NCBI GenBank assembly: GCA_964459315.1
Contig: CAYWMH010000002.1
Location: forward strand, 1-34,564
DNA from: an uncultured Verrucomicrobiota bacterium
GTDB taxonomy: Bacteria; Verrucomicrobiota; Verrucomicrobiia; Limisphaerales; UBA1096
Reading direction: 5' to 3'
Length of the DNA: 34,564 nt
Positions 17,454 through 27,230 of the stretch are shown in pieces; the stretch's first letter is position 1; each line of letters starts with the position of its first letter. The translations under genes and the position numbers were made by a program. A model generated the notes under the pieces. The model was not told where the DNA came from and did no database searches. It saw only the letters and a list, made by a program, of their open reading frames with translations.

Positions 17454-18592
17454 TGTTCGCCACGATGACAGGACTGTTCGCCGAGCCGTGGGTGATGACG
17501 CTGCTTAAGGTGGTGGGCGTGTTTGCTGTGGTGATGCCGATGGTCGCCTACTCGGTCGTTGCCGAGCGTCGCATCTCGGCTTGGATCCAGGATCGTATTG
17601 GCCCGAACCGTGTTGGCATTCCGTTCACAAACATCAAACTGCTTGGTCTTGGCCAACCGCTGGCCGATGGGCTGAAGGCGTTGGTAAAGGAGGACTTCAC
17701 GCCGGCTCATGTGCGGAAAGTATTTTATTGGATGGCCCCAGCGGTGGCGATGGTGCCATCGTTCGTGGTGCTTGCTGTGTTGCCGTTTGGCTCGCTGCTC
17801 GGGGCACAGAAGATGGTCATCGCTGATCTTGATGTTGGCATTCTGTTTACCTTCGGCATCGTCTCGTTGGGAGTGTACGGCGTCGTGCTGGCTGGCTATG
17901 CCTCGAACTCGAAGTATCCGTTCCTCGGCGGCATCCGCTCGACGGCGCAAATGATTTCCTACGAGATCGCGATGGGCTTGGCGGTCGTGCCCGTGTTCAT
18001 GCTGGCGGCCGATCCTGCTTGGCAGACTGAACTGATTGATAAATCCACCGCGTGGGCGAAATACATGAATAACGCGGGGTTGCTGAACCTCTCCAGCGTG
18101 GTCGCCTATCAGCACGAGAGTATTTTAGATTGGCTGGTGTTTAAGCAGCCGGTGGCGTTTGTGATTTTTTTGATCGCGATCTTTGCGGAGACGAACCGGC
18201 TGCCGTTCGACATGCCGGAGTCGGAGACGGAGCTGGTGGCCGGCTACAACACCGAGTACAGCTCGATGCGGTTCGCCCTCTTTTTCATGGGCGAATACGC
18301 CGCGATGATCGCAGGCTCAGCGCTAATGGTGGTGCTGTTTTGCGGCGGCTGGACGCTGCCGCTCGGCGAATTTTTCAACACACCGGCCCAGTCGCTTGCC
18401 CAAGGGTTGGTGCACATTGGCGTGTTCATCGCGAAGATCGCGATGTTCCTTGGTTTGATGATTTGGATTCGTTGGATGTTGCCTCGATTCCGCTACGATC
18501 AACTGATGAACATAGGTTGGAAACGGTTCCTGCCATTGAGCCTCGCCAACATCATCGTGACGGCCATCGTAATGTGGGGGCTGCACAGTTGA
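17453..18592 (+). CDS. nuoH: NADH-quinone oxidoreductase subunit H
   Basis: VAERRISAWIQDRIGPNRVG and ETNRLPFDMPESETELVAGYNTEYS signatures. The ATG at 17453 overlaps the nuoG stop (TGATG); a TTG at 17450 is also possible. Confidence 0.92.
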   Translation: MFATMTGLFAEPWVMTLLKVVGVFAVVMPMVAYSVVAERRISAWIQDRIGPNRVGIPFTNIKLLGLGQPLADGLKALVKEDFTPAHVRKVFYWMAPAVAMVPSFVVLAVLPFGSLLGAQKMVIADLDVGILFTFGIVSLGVYGVVLAGYASNSKYPFLGGIRSTAQMISYEIAMGLAVVPVFMLAADPAWQTELIDKSTAWAKYMNNAGLLNLSSVVAYQHESILDWLVFKQPVAFVIFLIAIFAETNRLPFDMPESETELVAGYNTEYSSMRFALFFMGEYAAMIAGSALMVVLFCGGWTLPLGEFFNTPAQSLAQGLVHIGVFIAKIAMFLGLMIWIRWMLPRFRYDQLMNIGWKRFLPLSLANIIVTAIVMWGLHS

Positions 18593-18599
18593 GGATGCC

Positions 18600-19214
18600 A
18601 TGAAAGTCAACCGCACAAAACTGACCTGGTGGGAGCGGCTGTATTTGCCGACGCTGTTCAACGGCTTCAAGGTCACGCTGCGGCATTTCTTCTCGTGGAA
18701 ACGCTCAAAGGTATATGGCGCCAAGCAGGCGGGGTACGCCGCCAAGAACACGATGCAGTACCCGGAGGAGAAATGGGACGTCCCGGACGGCTACCGGGGC
18801 GCGCCGTATCTCGTGAAGGATGTGGACGGGAACACCAAGTGCGTGTCGTGCCAGTTGTGTGAGTTTGTCTGCCCGCCGCGGGCCATCCGCATCACGCCTC
18901 CGGGCGGGGGCAGCACGGCCGACCGCGAAGGGGTTGAGAAAATGCCGGAGGAATTCGAGATCGACATGCTTCGCTGCATCTACTGCGGCTACTGCCAGGA
19001 GGTTTGCCCGGAGGAGGCGATCTATTTGCTAAAAGATTACGCCCTCACCGGCGGGAGTCGTGAGGAGTTGGTTTACGACAAGGAAAAGCTGCTCGCGCTG
19101 GGTGGTGCGGATCGGCGTGCCTACGATCACCACGTACAGGACGGGGTGACCGAGGGCGTCAAAAAATGGGAGATTAAGACGCGGGAAGCCGGGGAACAAC
19201 CGAAATTTCACTGA
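18600..19214 (+). CDS. nuoI: NADH-quinone oxidoreductase subunit I (2x 4Fe-4S ferredoxin)
   Basis: CVSCQLCEFVCP and CIYCGYCQEVCP motifs. Confidence 0.92.
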   Translation: MKVNRTKLTWWERLYLPTLFNGFKVTLRHFFSWKRSKVYGAKQAGYAAKNTMQYPEEKWDVPDGYRGAPYLVKDVDGNTKCVSCQLCEFVCPPRAIRITPPGGGSTADREGVEKMPEEFEIDMLRCIYCGYCQEVCPEEAIYLLKDYALTGGSREELVYDKEKLLALGGADRRAYDHHVQDGVTEGVKKWEIKTREAGEQPKFH

Positions 19215-19229
19215 CGCGATAAGCTAGGG

Positions 19230-19781
19230 ATGGAAGGAACGCTGTTCAACATTTTCGCGGGGCTGGCGGTGCTGAGTGCGCTGCTGGTGGTGGCCAATCC
19301 GTTCAGCCGTAACCCAGTGACGAGTGCGTTGTTCCTCGTGACGACGATGATCTCGATCTCGGGATTGTTCGTGCTGCTTGGCGCGTACTTTTTGGCGGCG
19401 GTGCAGATTCTCGTCTACGCCGGTGCGGTGATGGTGTTGTTCCTGTTCGTGATCATGCTGCTTGATCTACGGGAGGGCGCCCGGCGCAAGCTCAATCTCG
19501 TCAGTCTCACCATGGGGCTATTGGCAGTCGGAGCGTTGTTCCTCGTTTACAAAGGCTCCATCGATCAAACGTACGGCGGTGAGGCTCCGCGCCACGAGGC
19601 GGCGGCGGAAGCAGGCCAAGCGGAGGCCAAGCCGCTCAAGGCGGTGGGCAGCACACGCGCGCTTGGCCAAGCGCTATTCAGTCCCGACAACGGGTTTATC
19701 CTGCCGTTTGAGATTGTCTCTGTGCTGCTGCTGGTGGCGATGGTAGGCGTGATTTTGTTGAGCAGAAAGGAGCCGCGCTGA
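19230..19781 (+). CDS. nuoJ: NADH-quinone oxidoreductase subunit J
   Basis: Hydrophobic 183-aa ORF with [21 protein letters not shown]. Operon position is consistent. Confidence 0.88.
   Translation: MEGTLFNIFAGLAVLSALLVVANPFSRNPVTSALFLVTTMISISGLFVLLGAYFLAAVQILVYAGAVMVLFLFVIMLLDLREGARRKLNLVSLTMGLLAVGALFLVYKGSIDQTYGGEAPRHEAAAEAGQAEAKPLKAVGSTRALGQALFSPDNGFILPFEIVSVLLLVAMVGVILLSRKEPR
19660..19673. repeat. iterated palindrome CGCTTGGCCAAGCG (14/14; extends to the 16-mer GCGCTTGGCCAAGCGC at 19659-19674)
   Basis: Exact copy in nuoJ (encodes ALGQA). Confidence 0.95.
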
Positions 19782-20086
19782 TGGAACCGACCCTGAGTCA
19801 ATACCTGATGGTGAGCGGTGCGCTGTTTGCGATCGGCCTGCTGGGCGTGATCGTGCGGCGCAACCTGCTGATCATCTACATGTCGCTCGAGTTGATGCTC
19901 AATGCGGCCAACGTGGCGCTCGTCGCGATGTCCCGGTTCAACGGTAACCTCGACGGGCAGGTGATGGTGTTTTTTATCATCACCGTTGCGGCGGCAGAGG
20001 TGGCTGTTGGCCTGGCCTTGATTGTCGCCCTGTACCGCAAACGCCAGACTACCGAGGTGGCGGACCTGGCCATGATGAAACTGTAA
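19781..20086 (+). CDS. nuoK: NADH-quinone oxidoreductase subunit K
   Basis: 101-aa hydrophobic ORF with [16 protein letters not shown]. The ATG overlaps the nuoJ stop. Confidence 0.9.
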   Translation: MEPTLSQYLMVSGALFAIGLLGVIVRRNLLIIYMSLELMLNAANVALVAMSRFNGNLDGQVMVFFIITVAAAEVAVGLALIVALYRKRQTTEVADLAMMKL

Positions 20087-20089
20087 ACG

Positions 20090-21847
20090 ATGAACATCGC
20101 CGCATGGCTGATCTTGTTGCTTCCGCTGTTCTCGGTGGCGGCCATCGGCTTGGGCGCGTATCGGTCGCGCTTGGCCAGCGCGGTGCTCTCCGTCGGCGCG
20201 GTGGTTGGCTCGTTCTTGCTGACGCTTTGGCTGATCGCCGTTGGCGGCGAATTGCATTCGAGCATCCCTTGGCTTGCGATCGAGGGGCTGCAGATAGACA
20301 TCGGGCTGCAGATTGACCCGTTGAGCAAGTTGATGCTCTGCGTCGTCACCGGCGTCGGGAGCTTGATCCATATTTTCTCCCTGGGCTACATGAAGGAGGA
20401 TCGTGATTTCTCGCGCTACTTCGCCTTCCTCAGCCTGTTCGTCTTCTCGATGCTCGGCATCGTACTGGCTGACAACTTTGTGATGATGTTCATCTTCTGG
20501 GAATTGGTCGGCGTCTCCAGTTATCTGCTGATCGGTTTTTGGTTCGAAAAACCAAGTGCGGCCGATGCTGCCAAGAAGGCGTTCCTCACCAACCGCGTCG
20601 GCGACTTCGGCTTTCTGCTCGGCATCCTGATGGTGTGGGCTGCGCTTGGCACCGTTGGGTTCGCCGAGTTGGAGAAAGCAGAGGCAACAGCCATCTGCGG
20701 CTTGGCCGGCTTCCTGATTTTCTGCGGCGCGATGGGCAAGTCGGCGCAGTTCCCACTGCACGTCTGGCTGCCGGACGCGATGGAGGGGCCGACGCCGGTC
20801 AGCGCGCTCATCCACGCCGCGACGATGGTGGCCGCTGGTGTCTACATGCTGTGCCGCGTGTTTTTCCTGATCGACGGCACGTGGGCGATGGAGGCGATTG
20901 CGTGGATCGGCGGACTCACGGCGCTTTTGGCTGCTCTGATGGCGGTGCAGCAGGACGACATCAAGCGTATCCTCGCCTACTCGACGCTGTCGCAACTCGG
21001 CTACATGGTGATGGCGGTGGGGTTGGGCTCACCCGACGCGGCGATGTTTCATCTGACGACGCACGCGTCATTCAAGGCGCTGCTCTTCCTCGGTGCCGGT
21101 TCGGTGATCGTGGCGCTGGATCACGAGCAGAATATCTGGAAAATGGGCGGGCTGCGCGAGCGGATGCCCAAGACGTACTGGACGTTTTTGATCGGTACGA
21201 TGGCGCTCTGCGGCGTGCCGCTATTTAGCGGTTTTTTCAGCAAGGAAGCCATCCTCGACGCCGCGCTGGAGAACAATCTTTTGCTGTTTCTAGTCGCCGT
21301 GCTCGTCGCGCTGCTGACGACGTTTTACATGACGCGGCTGTTTGTCGTTGCGTTCATGGGCGAGCCGCGCTCGGCCCAGGCCAGGGGCGCGGTGGAAAGT
21401 CCCTCCGTGATGACCGGGCCGTTGATTCTGCTCGCTGTGCCGTCGGTGATCTCCGGTTACTTCAACGCCCACGCACCGAACCCGCTGGTGCTGGCTGCGT
21501 CGCTGGTTGTTCTGGTTTTTGGCATGCTTGTCGCCAACAGCCTTTACAGCGGGGCCAAGACCGATCCGTTGCCGGCCTGGCTGGGGCGCTTGGCCAAGGC
21601 GCTGCGCGACCGGTTTTGGTTTGACGAGGCGTACCAGTGGCTCATCGACCATGTGCAGGAGAACTTGGCCAAGCTGGCTGACGCCATCGACCGCTGGGTG
21701 ATCGCCGGGCTGCTGGTGCGCGGCACTCACGGCACGACCGAGTTGGCCGCGCGCGTACTGCGTTTGGCTCAAACCGGCAACCTGCAGACATACGCCTTCT
21801 GGTTCGCCGCCGGCATGGCCGCGCTTTTGATTTTTACATTGGGCTGA
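20090..21847 (+). CDS. nuoL: NADH-quinone oxidoreductase subunit L
   Basis: 585-aa antiporter-like subunit with WELVGVSSYLLIGFW, GKSAQFPLHVWLPDAMEGPTPVSALIHAATMV and a C-terminal lateral-helix region. Confidence 0.92.
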   Translation: MNIAAWLILLLPLFSVAAIGLGAYRSRLASAVLSVGAVVGSFLLTLWLIAVGGELHSSIPWLAIEGLQIDIGLQIDPLSKLMLCVVTGVGSLIHIFSLGYMKEDRDFSRYFAFLSLFVFSMLGIVLADNFVMMFIFWELVGVSSYLLIGFWFEKPSAADAAKKAFLTNRVGDFGFLLGILMVWAALGTVGFAELEKAEATAICGLAGFLIFCGAMGKSAQFPLHVWLPDAMEGPTPVSALIHAATMVAAGVYMLCRVFFLIDGTWAMEAIAWIGGLTALLAALMAVQQDDIKRILAYSTLSQLGYMVMAVGLGSPDAAMFHLTTHASFKALLFLGAGSVIVALDHEQNIWKMGGLRERMPKTYWTFLIGTMALCGVPLFSGFFSKEAILDAALENNLLLFLVAVLVALLTTFYMTRLFVVAFMGEPRSAQARGAVESPSVMTGPLILLAVPSVISGYFNAHAPNPLVLAASLVVLVFGMLVANSLYSGAKTDPLPAWLGRLAKALRDRFWFDEAYQWLIDHVQENLAKLADAIDRWVIAGLLVRGTHGTTELAARVLRLAQTGNLQTYAFWFAAGMAALLIFTLG

Positions 21848-21853
21848 TCGGAA

Positions 21854-23362
21854 ATGGACTGGATGTTAATCATAGTTTTGTTGCCGTTGCTCGCCGCTGC
21901 GGCTGTCGGGTTTGTGCCCGGGAGTCAGCGCCGGGCGGTTCGCGGCATCACGCTGGGCGCGTCCGGGCTGTCGCTGCTGTGTGCGTTGATCGCGTTTTGC
22001 TCGTTCGAGGTTGGCGGTGTTTTACAGTTCGAGACCAAGTGGATTTGGGTCGAGAGTCTTGGATTGAATTTTCACCTGGCTGCAGACGGCATTAACATCG
22101 GCATTATCTTGATGGGCGCGATCGTCGCCTTTGCGGCGGCCTGTTGCGCGGACGACATCGCGCACCGGGTGAAGGAGTTTCACATCCTGCTCAACCTGAT
22201 GATCGGCGGCATCCTCGGCGCGTTCGCCTCGATGGATCTGTTTTTCTTTTACTTCTTCCACGAACTGGCACTGGTGCCGACGTTCATTATGATCGGAGTG
22301 TGGGGCAGGGGGGCGAACCGCAATTACGCGACCTACAAGATCACGCTCTACCTCAGCCTCGGCGCGTTGCTGGCGCTTGTCGGGTTGATCGGTATCTACG
22401 TGCAGGCCGGGGCGAAGTCGTTCAGCATCCCGGAACTGATCGCCACGGTGCAGGTGACGCCGATTGACGAGGCGGCGCAGCAATGGATTTTCCCGCTGCT
22501 GATGTTCGGCTTCGGCATTCTTGTTTCGCTGTGGCCGTTTCACACCTGGGCGCCGCTGGGATACGGCGCCGCGCCGACCGCCACCGCGATGCTGCACGCC
22601 GGTGTGCTAAAAAAGTTCGGCTTGTACGGCCTGATCCGCGTGGCCATCCCGATGGCTCCGGCTGGCGCGCAAAGCTGGCTCGGTGTGCTGGCATGGCTGG
22701 CGCTGGCCAATTTGCTCTATTGTGGCTTGGTCGCTGTACGCCAAAAGGACCTCAACCAACTCATCGGCAACTCGAGCGTGGCGCACATGGGTTTCATCTT
22801 TCTTGGCATCGCCAGCCTGAATGTGATCGGCTTGACCGGCGCGGTGCTGGTGATGATCGCCCACGGGCTGCTGGCCGCCCTGGCCTTTGGCCTGAGCGGG
22901 CATCTGTACCGGCAAACCGGCTCGCTCGAGATGGGTCGCATGGGCGGACTGCTCCGGCAGATGCCGCTCGCCGGTTCGGCGCTGTTGATGGCGCTCTTGG
23001 CCGGTTGCGGGCTGCCCGGTTTCGCTAATTTTGTCGGCGAGGTGACGGTCTTTTTCGCCGCTTGGGCGGCTGGGCTAAAGACGGTAACGGTCATCGCTGC
23101 GTGGAGCGCGCTGGTGATCGGCGGCCTGTACATGATACGAGCCATTCGCGGCATCCTGCACGGGCCGCTTGGCGGGGACTGGGCCAAGGCGGCCGACCTA
23201 AGCCCGCTGATCGCGACGGCGCTTGGCCTTCTACTGGCTGCGTTATTGGTGTTCGGCTTCGCGCCGGGCCAGCTGGCCAAGCGCATCGAGGGTGACGTGG
23301 CGAAGATCGTGAGCTTGGCCAAGCCAAGCCAGCCACAGGCAACGGAGGCGACCGGTAGGTAA
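21854..23362 (+). CDS. nuoM: NADH-quinone oxidoreductase subunit M
   Basis: 502-aa antiporter-like subunit with FFYFFHELALVPTFIMIGVWG, LWPFHTWAP and SSVAHMGF. Confidence 0.92.
   Translation: MDWMLIIVLLPLLAAAAVGFVPGSQRRAVRGITLGASGLSLLCALIAFCSFEVGGVLQFETKWIWVESLGLNFHLAADGINIGIILMGAIVAFAAACCADDIAHRVKEFHILLNLMIGGILGAFASMDLFFFYFFHELALVPTFIMIGVWGRGANRNYATYKITLYLSLGALLALVGLIGIYVQAGAKSFSIPELIATVQVTPIDEAAQQWIFPLLMFGFGILVSLWPFHTWAPLGYGAAPTATAMLHAGVLKKFGLYGLIRVAIPMAPAGAQSWLGVLAWLALANLLYCGLVAVRQKDLNQLIGNSSVAHMGFIFLGIASLNVIGLTGAVLVMIAHGLLAALAFGLSGHLYRQTGSLEMGRMGGLLRQMPLAGSALLMALLAGCGLPGFANFVGEVTVFFAAWAAGLKTVTVIAAWSALVIGGLYMIRAIRGILHGPLGGDWAKAADLSPLIATALGLLLAALLVFGFAPGQLAKRIEGDVAKIVSLAKPSQPQATEATGR
23323..23334. 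repeat. iterated palindrome GCTTGGCCAAGC (12/12)
   Basis: Exact 12-mer in the nuoM C-terminal tail (encodes SLAKP). Confidence 0.95.
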
Positions 23363-23368
23363 ACGGAC

Positions 23369-24856
23369 ATGGGCGACCAATTACAATTTGTTCAACTCGA
23401 GATGATGGTCGCGGCGCTTGGCCTGTGCATGCTGCTCGGTGACCTGTTCCTGCCGGTGACCGCGCGCCGCGCGCTGGGCTGGATCGCCGCCGGGGCGCTT
23501 GGCCTCGTGTTCCTGTTGAGTTTCCGGGAGAGCTATACCGGCTTGGCCGACGGCGAGGCGTTCGGCGGGATTTTCCAGCTCGACGAATTGGCTCTCTTTT
23601 TCAAGCGGTTCTTTCTGTTGGCGGGCATCTTCGTGCTGACATTCGCGGTCGACTTCGCCGCGCGGCTGCGGGGCGGCGTGTCGGAGTACCTGGCGTTCAT
23701 CCTGTTCGCATTGTCGGGGATGATGTTTGCCGCGTCGGCCAACGATTTCAGCCTCCTGTTCGTCTCGATCGAGTTGATCACCGTGACGTTTTACATCCTC
23801 GTCAGCTTTCAGCGGCACCGGATGCAGTCGCTCGAGGCCGGGGTGAAGTACCTGATTCTCGGCGCGGTGTCGTCGGCGTTCCTCGTGTACGGGATCGCGC
23901 TCGTGTTCGGCGAGGCCGGCAGCCTGAAATTCAACGAGATCCGCGCCGCGCACGCCGAGCTGCTGGGGAGCAACGTCTTTTTATTCGGGATGCTGTTCGT
24001 GTTTGCCGGGCTGGCGTTTAAGATTTCCGCGTTCCCGTTCCAGGTCTGGGCACCGGACGTCTACCAGGGCGCGCCGCCTCCCACGACGACCTTCCTCGCC
24101 GTCGGCTCGAAGGCGGCCGGGTTCGTGCTGCTGATCCGCCTGTTCGGCAGCGTTGTCCCGGAACTCACCGCGCAGTGGACCGGCCTTTTGATCGCCGTTG
24201 CCGCGTTGACGATCCTGTACGGCAATCTCTGCGCCCTCCCGCAGCGCAACCTCAAGCGGCTCCTGGCCTACTCCGGCATCGCCAACGCCGGCTACCTGCT
24301 GATGGGGATCGTGGCCCAGTCGGGCGAGGGGACAGCGGCGATTTTGTACTACCTCGCCGGCTACCTGTTCACGCTCGTGGCGGCATTCATTATCATCCAC
24401 CTCGTTACCCGCGATGGTGAAGGGGAGGACATCGCCTGTCTGTCCGGCCTGTACAAACGCTCGCCGTGCCTCGCGTTCGCGCTTGCGTTGTGCGCGGTAT
24501 CGCTGGCCGGCATCCCGCCACTGGCGGGGTTTTTCGGCAAATTCCTGCTGGTGAAATCAGTGGCCGCCGAGGCGTTTGGGAATACCGGCTATTTCGTGCT
24601 GCTGGCAGTCGCGGTGTTCGGGGTCGTCGTGTCGATTTACTACTACTTCTGCATCATCCGCGCCATGTATTGGTCGAGGGAGACGCCGGACGAATCGCCC
24701 GTGGCGGTCGCTTGGCCAACGCGGGTCGCGCTTGGCCTCTGCGTCGCGGCGATCCTTTACCTTGGCCTACTGCCCAACAAGCCGATGAACTGGGCCAACA
24801 CCGCCGCCAAGATCGAGAAGAGATCATCCCCAGATGCCGCAGATCCTCGCAGATAA
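23369..24856 (+). CDS. nuoN: NADH-quinone oxidoreductase subunit N
   Basis: 495-aa antiporter-like subunit with AFKISAFPFQVWAPDVYQGAPPPTT and LAYSGIANAGYLL. Confidence 0.92.
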   Translation: MGDQLQFVQLEMMVAALGLCMLLGDLFLPVTARRALGWIAAGALGLVFLLSFRESYTGLADGEAFGGIFQLDELALFFKRFFLLAGIFVLTFAVDFAARLRGGVSEYLAFILFALSGMMFAASANDFSLLFVSIELITVTFYILVSFQRHRMQSLEAGVKYLILGAVSSAFLVYGIALVFGEAGSLKFNEIRAAHAELLGSNVFLFGMLFVFAGLAFKISAFPFQVWAPDVYQGAPPPTTTFLAVGSKAAGFVLLIRLFGSVVPELTAQWTGLLIAVAALTILYGNLCALPQRNLKRLLAYSGIANAGYLLMGIVAQSGEGTAAILYYLAGYLFTLVAAFIIIHLVTRDGEGEDIACLSGLYKRSPCLAFALALCAVSLAGIPPLAGFFGKFLLVKSVAAEAFGNTGYFVLLAVAVFGVVVSIYYYFCIIRAMYWSRETPDESPVAVAWPTRVALGLCVAAILYLGLLPNKPMNWANTAAKIEKRSSPDAADPRR

Positions 24857-24883
24857 AACATCTGCGAGGATCTGCGGCATCTG
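24831..24883. terminator. 24-bp perfect stem-loop between convergent nuoN and dprA (putative bidirectional terminator or 3' stabiliser, no U-tract)
   Basis: CAGATGCCGCAGATCCTCGCAGAT-aaaac-ATCTGCGAGGATCTGCGGCATCTG. The left arm is the last 8 codons plus the stop of nuoN. Confidence 0.55.
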
Positions 24884-24918
24884 CGGATAAAAAAACTTCG
24901 CACTTTCGGAAGACCCGT

Positions 24919-26019
24919 TCAGCGGCGGGCGAACAGTTTGCCTGGAAGTTGCCTGGCCATGCGCTTTATCTCCAGCCCGAGCAACGCCACCGAGACCGTC
25001 GCCACCGGCAGCCCGCTGTTGGCTATAACCGTGTCGATCGGTTGCTCGGTGGCATCGAGGATATCCAGCACGGCCTGCTCGTGGTCCGTGAGGTTGGCCA
25101 GCGGTACCGGCTCCGCGGCGTCCGCTTGACCAAGCGCTTGGCCAAGCGCCAGATGCTCAAACTCGGCGAGAATGTCCTCGGCGTTTTCGCAAAGTGCGGC
25201 TCCGTTGCGGATCAGGTTGTGGCAGCCCCGGCTTTGCGGCGAGTCGATCCGACCCGGCACGGCGAACACCTGCCGGTTGTTGTCGGCGGCCATGTTGGCG
25301 GTGATGAGCGAGCCGCTTTTCAGGTCGGCCTCCACCACCACGCTGCCAAGCGTCATTCCGGCGACGATGCGGTTGCGGATCGGGAAACTCTGCTTGTCGC
25401 CCTTCCGGTTGAACGGGAACTGGGTGATCACCGCGCCGTTTTCGATGATGCGCTCGTACAGTTCCGCGTTCTCCGCCGGGTAAACGATGTTGATCCCGGT
25501 GCCGAGCACGGCGATCGTTCGGCCCTTGGCCGAGAGGGCGCCTTGGTGCGAGGCGGAATCGATGCCGCGCGCGCCGCCGCTGACTACCGTGACACCGTGG
25601 CCGGCGAGTTGGTAGGCCAGTTTGCGGGCGGCGTCTTGCCCGTAATGCGTCGTGCGCCGCGCACCGACCATCGCGATGCTGTTTTTGTCCTCCGGCAGCA
25701 GGCGCCCCTTCACGTAAAGGACGATCGGCGGATCGTAAATCTCACGGAGCAGCTCGGGGTACTCGTCGTCGTCATGAAAAACGAGTCGCGCGCCAAAGTC
25801 GTCGGCGCGCTTCAACTCTCCAGCCAGGTCGGTGGTGGATTGCCACTTGACAATCGTACCGGCTAGGTCGTCGCCGATGCCCTTGACGCGTGTGAGGGCC
25901 GCGCGGCTGGCCTGCAACACCTTCGTGGCTTCACCAAAAAACTCGAGCAGTTGCCGCACGCGAACCGGCCCGATCCCCTCGAGCAGGTTCAACACAACCA
26001 AAGCCTCGCGCGCGTCCAC
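24919..26019 (-). CDS. dprA: DNA processing protein DprA (Smf)
   Basis: 366-aa ORF with VVSGGARGIDSASHQGAL, VLGTGINIVYP and VVVEADLKSGSLITA, plus a C-terminal winged-helix-like region. Confidence 0.9.
   Translation of the reverse strand: MDAREALVVLNLLEGIGPVRVRQLLEFFGEATKVLQASRAALTRVKGIGDDLAGTIVKWQSTTDLAGELKRADDFGARLVFHDDDEYPELLREIYDPPIVLYVKGRLLPEDKNSIAMVGARRTTHYGQDAARKLAYQLAGHGVTVVSGGARGIDSASHQGALSAKGRTIAVLGTGINIVYPAENAELYERIIENGAVITQFPFNRKGDKQSFPIRNRIVAGMTLGSVVVEADLKSGSLITANMAADNNRQVFAVPGRIDSPQSRGCHNLIRNGAALCENAEDILAEFEHLALGQALGQADAAEPVPLANLTDHEQAVLDILDATEQPIDTVIANSGLPVATVSVALLGLEIKRMARQLPGKLFARR
25135..25148. repeat. iterated palindrome CGCTTGGCCAAGCG (14/14), overlapped by a 13/14 copy at 25123-25136
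   Basis: Exact copy in dprA. The tandem pair encodes ALGQALGQA. Confidence 0.95.
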
Positions 26020-26057
26020 GGAGGGACGGTAGCGGGGGAGGTGAACCGAGGCCAGCG

Positions 26058-26089
26058 AGAAAGAAAAAGGCGGCCGTTTGGCCGCCTTT
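26058..26089 (-). terminator. rho-independent terminator after the aldolase-like gene
   Basis: On the minus strand: AAAGGCGGCC-aaac-GGCCGCCTTT followed by TTCTTTCT, about 20 nt after the stop at 26110. Confidence 0.75.
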
Positions 26090-26109
26090 GGGAAAGTTGT
26101 TGGACGATG

Positions 26110-27093
26110 TCAGACTTCCGACATGCAGGCGTCGTAGAAGTCGAGGAACTTGTTTTTGTCCTCGGTGTCACGGACGCGCATGGCGGCGCGCGGATGCTGG
26201 TTAAGGATGCCGGTGACCACGTACGGGATGAGGGCGCCCCATTCCTTGGTGCGGCGCAGCGGCATGAGTTGATCCTGCAGCAGCTTGAAGATCGGGCGCA
26301 GATCGAACTTCGGGTTTTTCAGGAAACCGAGCAGCAGTTCCATCGGGCAGTTGCCGGCCCCGCGGCCAAGCCCAAGCATGGTGGCGTCGATACGGTTGGC
26401 TCCCTGGATGATTGCCTCGATCGTGTTGGCGAAGGCGAGCTGCATGTTGTTGTGCGTGTGGATGCCAACCTCCTTGCCGGTGGCCTTGCCCACGGCTACG
26501 TATTTCTGAACCAACGCCCGAATCTGCTCGTGGTAAAGTGAGCCGTAGCTGTCGACGACGACGATGGTTTCCACCGGCGTCCCGGCGAGGATCTCCAATG
26601 CCTTGTCAATCTCGGGATCGGCGACGGTGCTGATGGCCATGATGTTGCAGCAGGTCTCGTAGCCCTTGTCGTGGGCGTCCTGGATCATTTCCACCGCGGT
26701 CGGAATCTGGTGCGCGTAGGTGGCGACGCGGATGAAGTCGAGCACGCTTTGCTCGGCCGGCAGGATGTCGGTCTTGTAGTCGGTCTTGCCGGCGTCAGCC
26801 ATGGCGGTGAGCTTGAGCGGGCTGTCGTTGTCGCCAACGATCCGGCGCAGGTCGTCCTCGTCGCAATATTTCCAGTCGCCATGGTCCGCCCGGGCGAACT
26901 GGGTCTTGGAGGCCTTGTAGCCAAGTTCCATGTAGTCGATGCCAGCGGCGATGGCGGTCTCGTAGACGGCCTTGACGAATTCGTCCTCGAACTGGTGGTT
27001 GTTGATGAGGCCGCCGTCCCGGACGGTGCAATCCAGCACCTTAATCTCGGGGCGGAAGGTCACCCACGGCGCGTTTTCTTTCGAAGCGGTCAT
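26110..27093 (-). CDS. DRE-TIM metallolyase family protein (HMGL-like / pyruvate carboxyltransferase-type aldolase domain)
   Basis: 327-aa ORF with LDCTVRDGG near the N-terminus and GIHTHNNMQLAFANT, the metal-binding HxH of the HMGL-like fold. Exact substrate unknown. Confidence 0.75.
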   Translation of the reverse strand: MTASKENAPWVTFRPEIKVLDCTVRDGGLINNHQFEDEFVKAVYETAIAAGIDYMELGYKASKTQFARADHGDWKYCDEDDLRRIVGDNDSPLKLTAMADAGKTDYKTDILPAEQSVLDFIRVATYAHQIPTAVEMIQDAHDKGYETCCNIMAISTVADPEIDKALEILAGTPVETIVVVDSYGSLYHEQIRALVQKYVAVGKATGKEVGIHTHNNMQLAFANTIEAIIQGANRIDATMLGLGRGAGNCPMELLLGFLKNPKFDLRPIFKLLQDQLMPLRRTKEWGALIPYVVTGILNQHPRAAMRVRDTEDKNKFLDFYDACMSEV

Positions 27094-27230
27094 AAATTTA
27101 CAATGGTTGAGGAGTCAAAAGCCTTGATGCCCAATGACTTGGGTCTTTAGCCTATTGATTTCCCGGCGAAAAAGGGCGGCAAATGTCTTAAAATCCCCGC
27201 CAAATGTGAAGCGTTAAAACCGGCTTTCAC

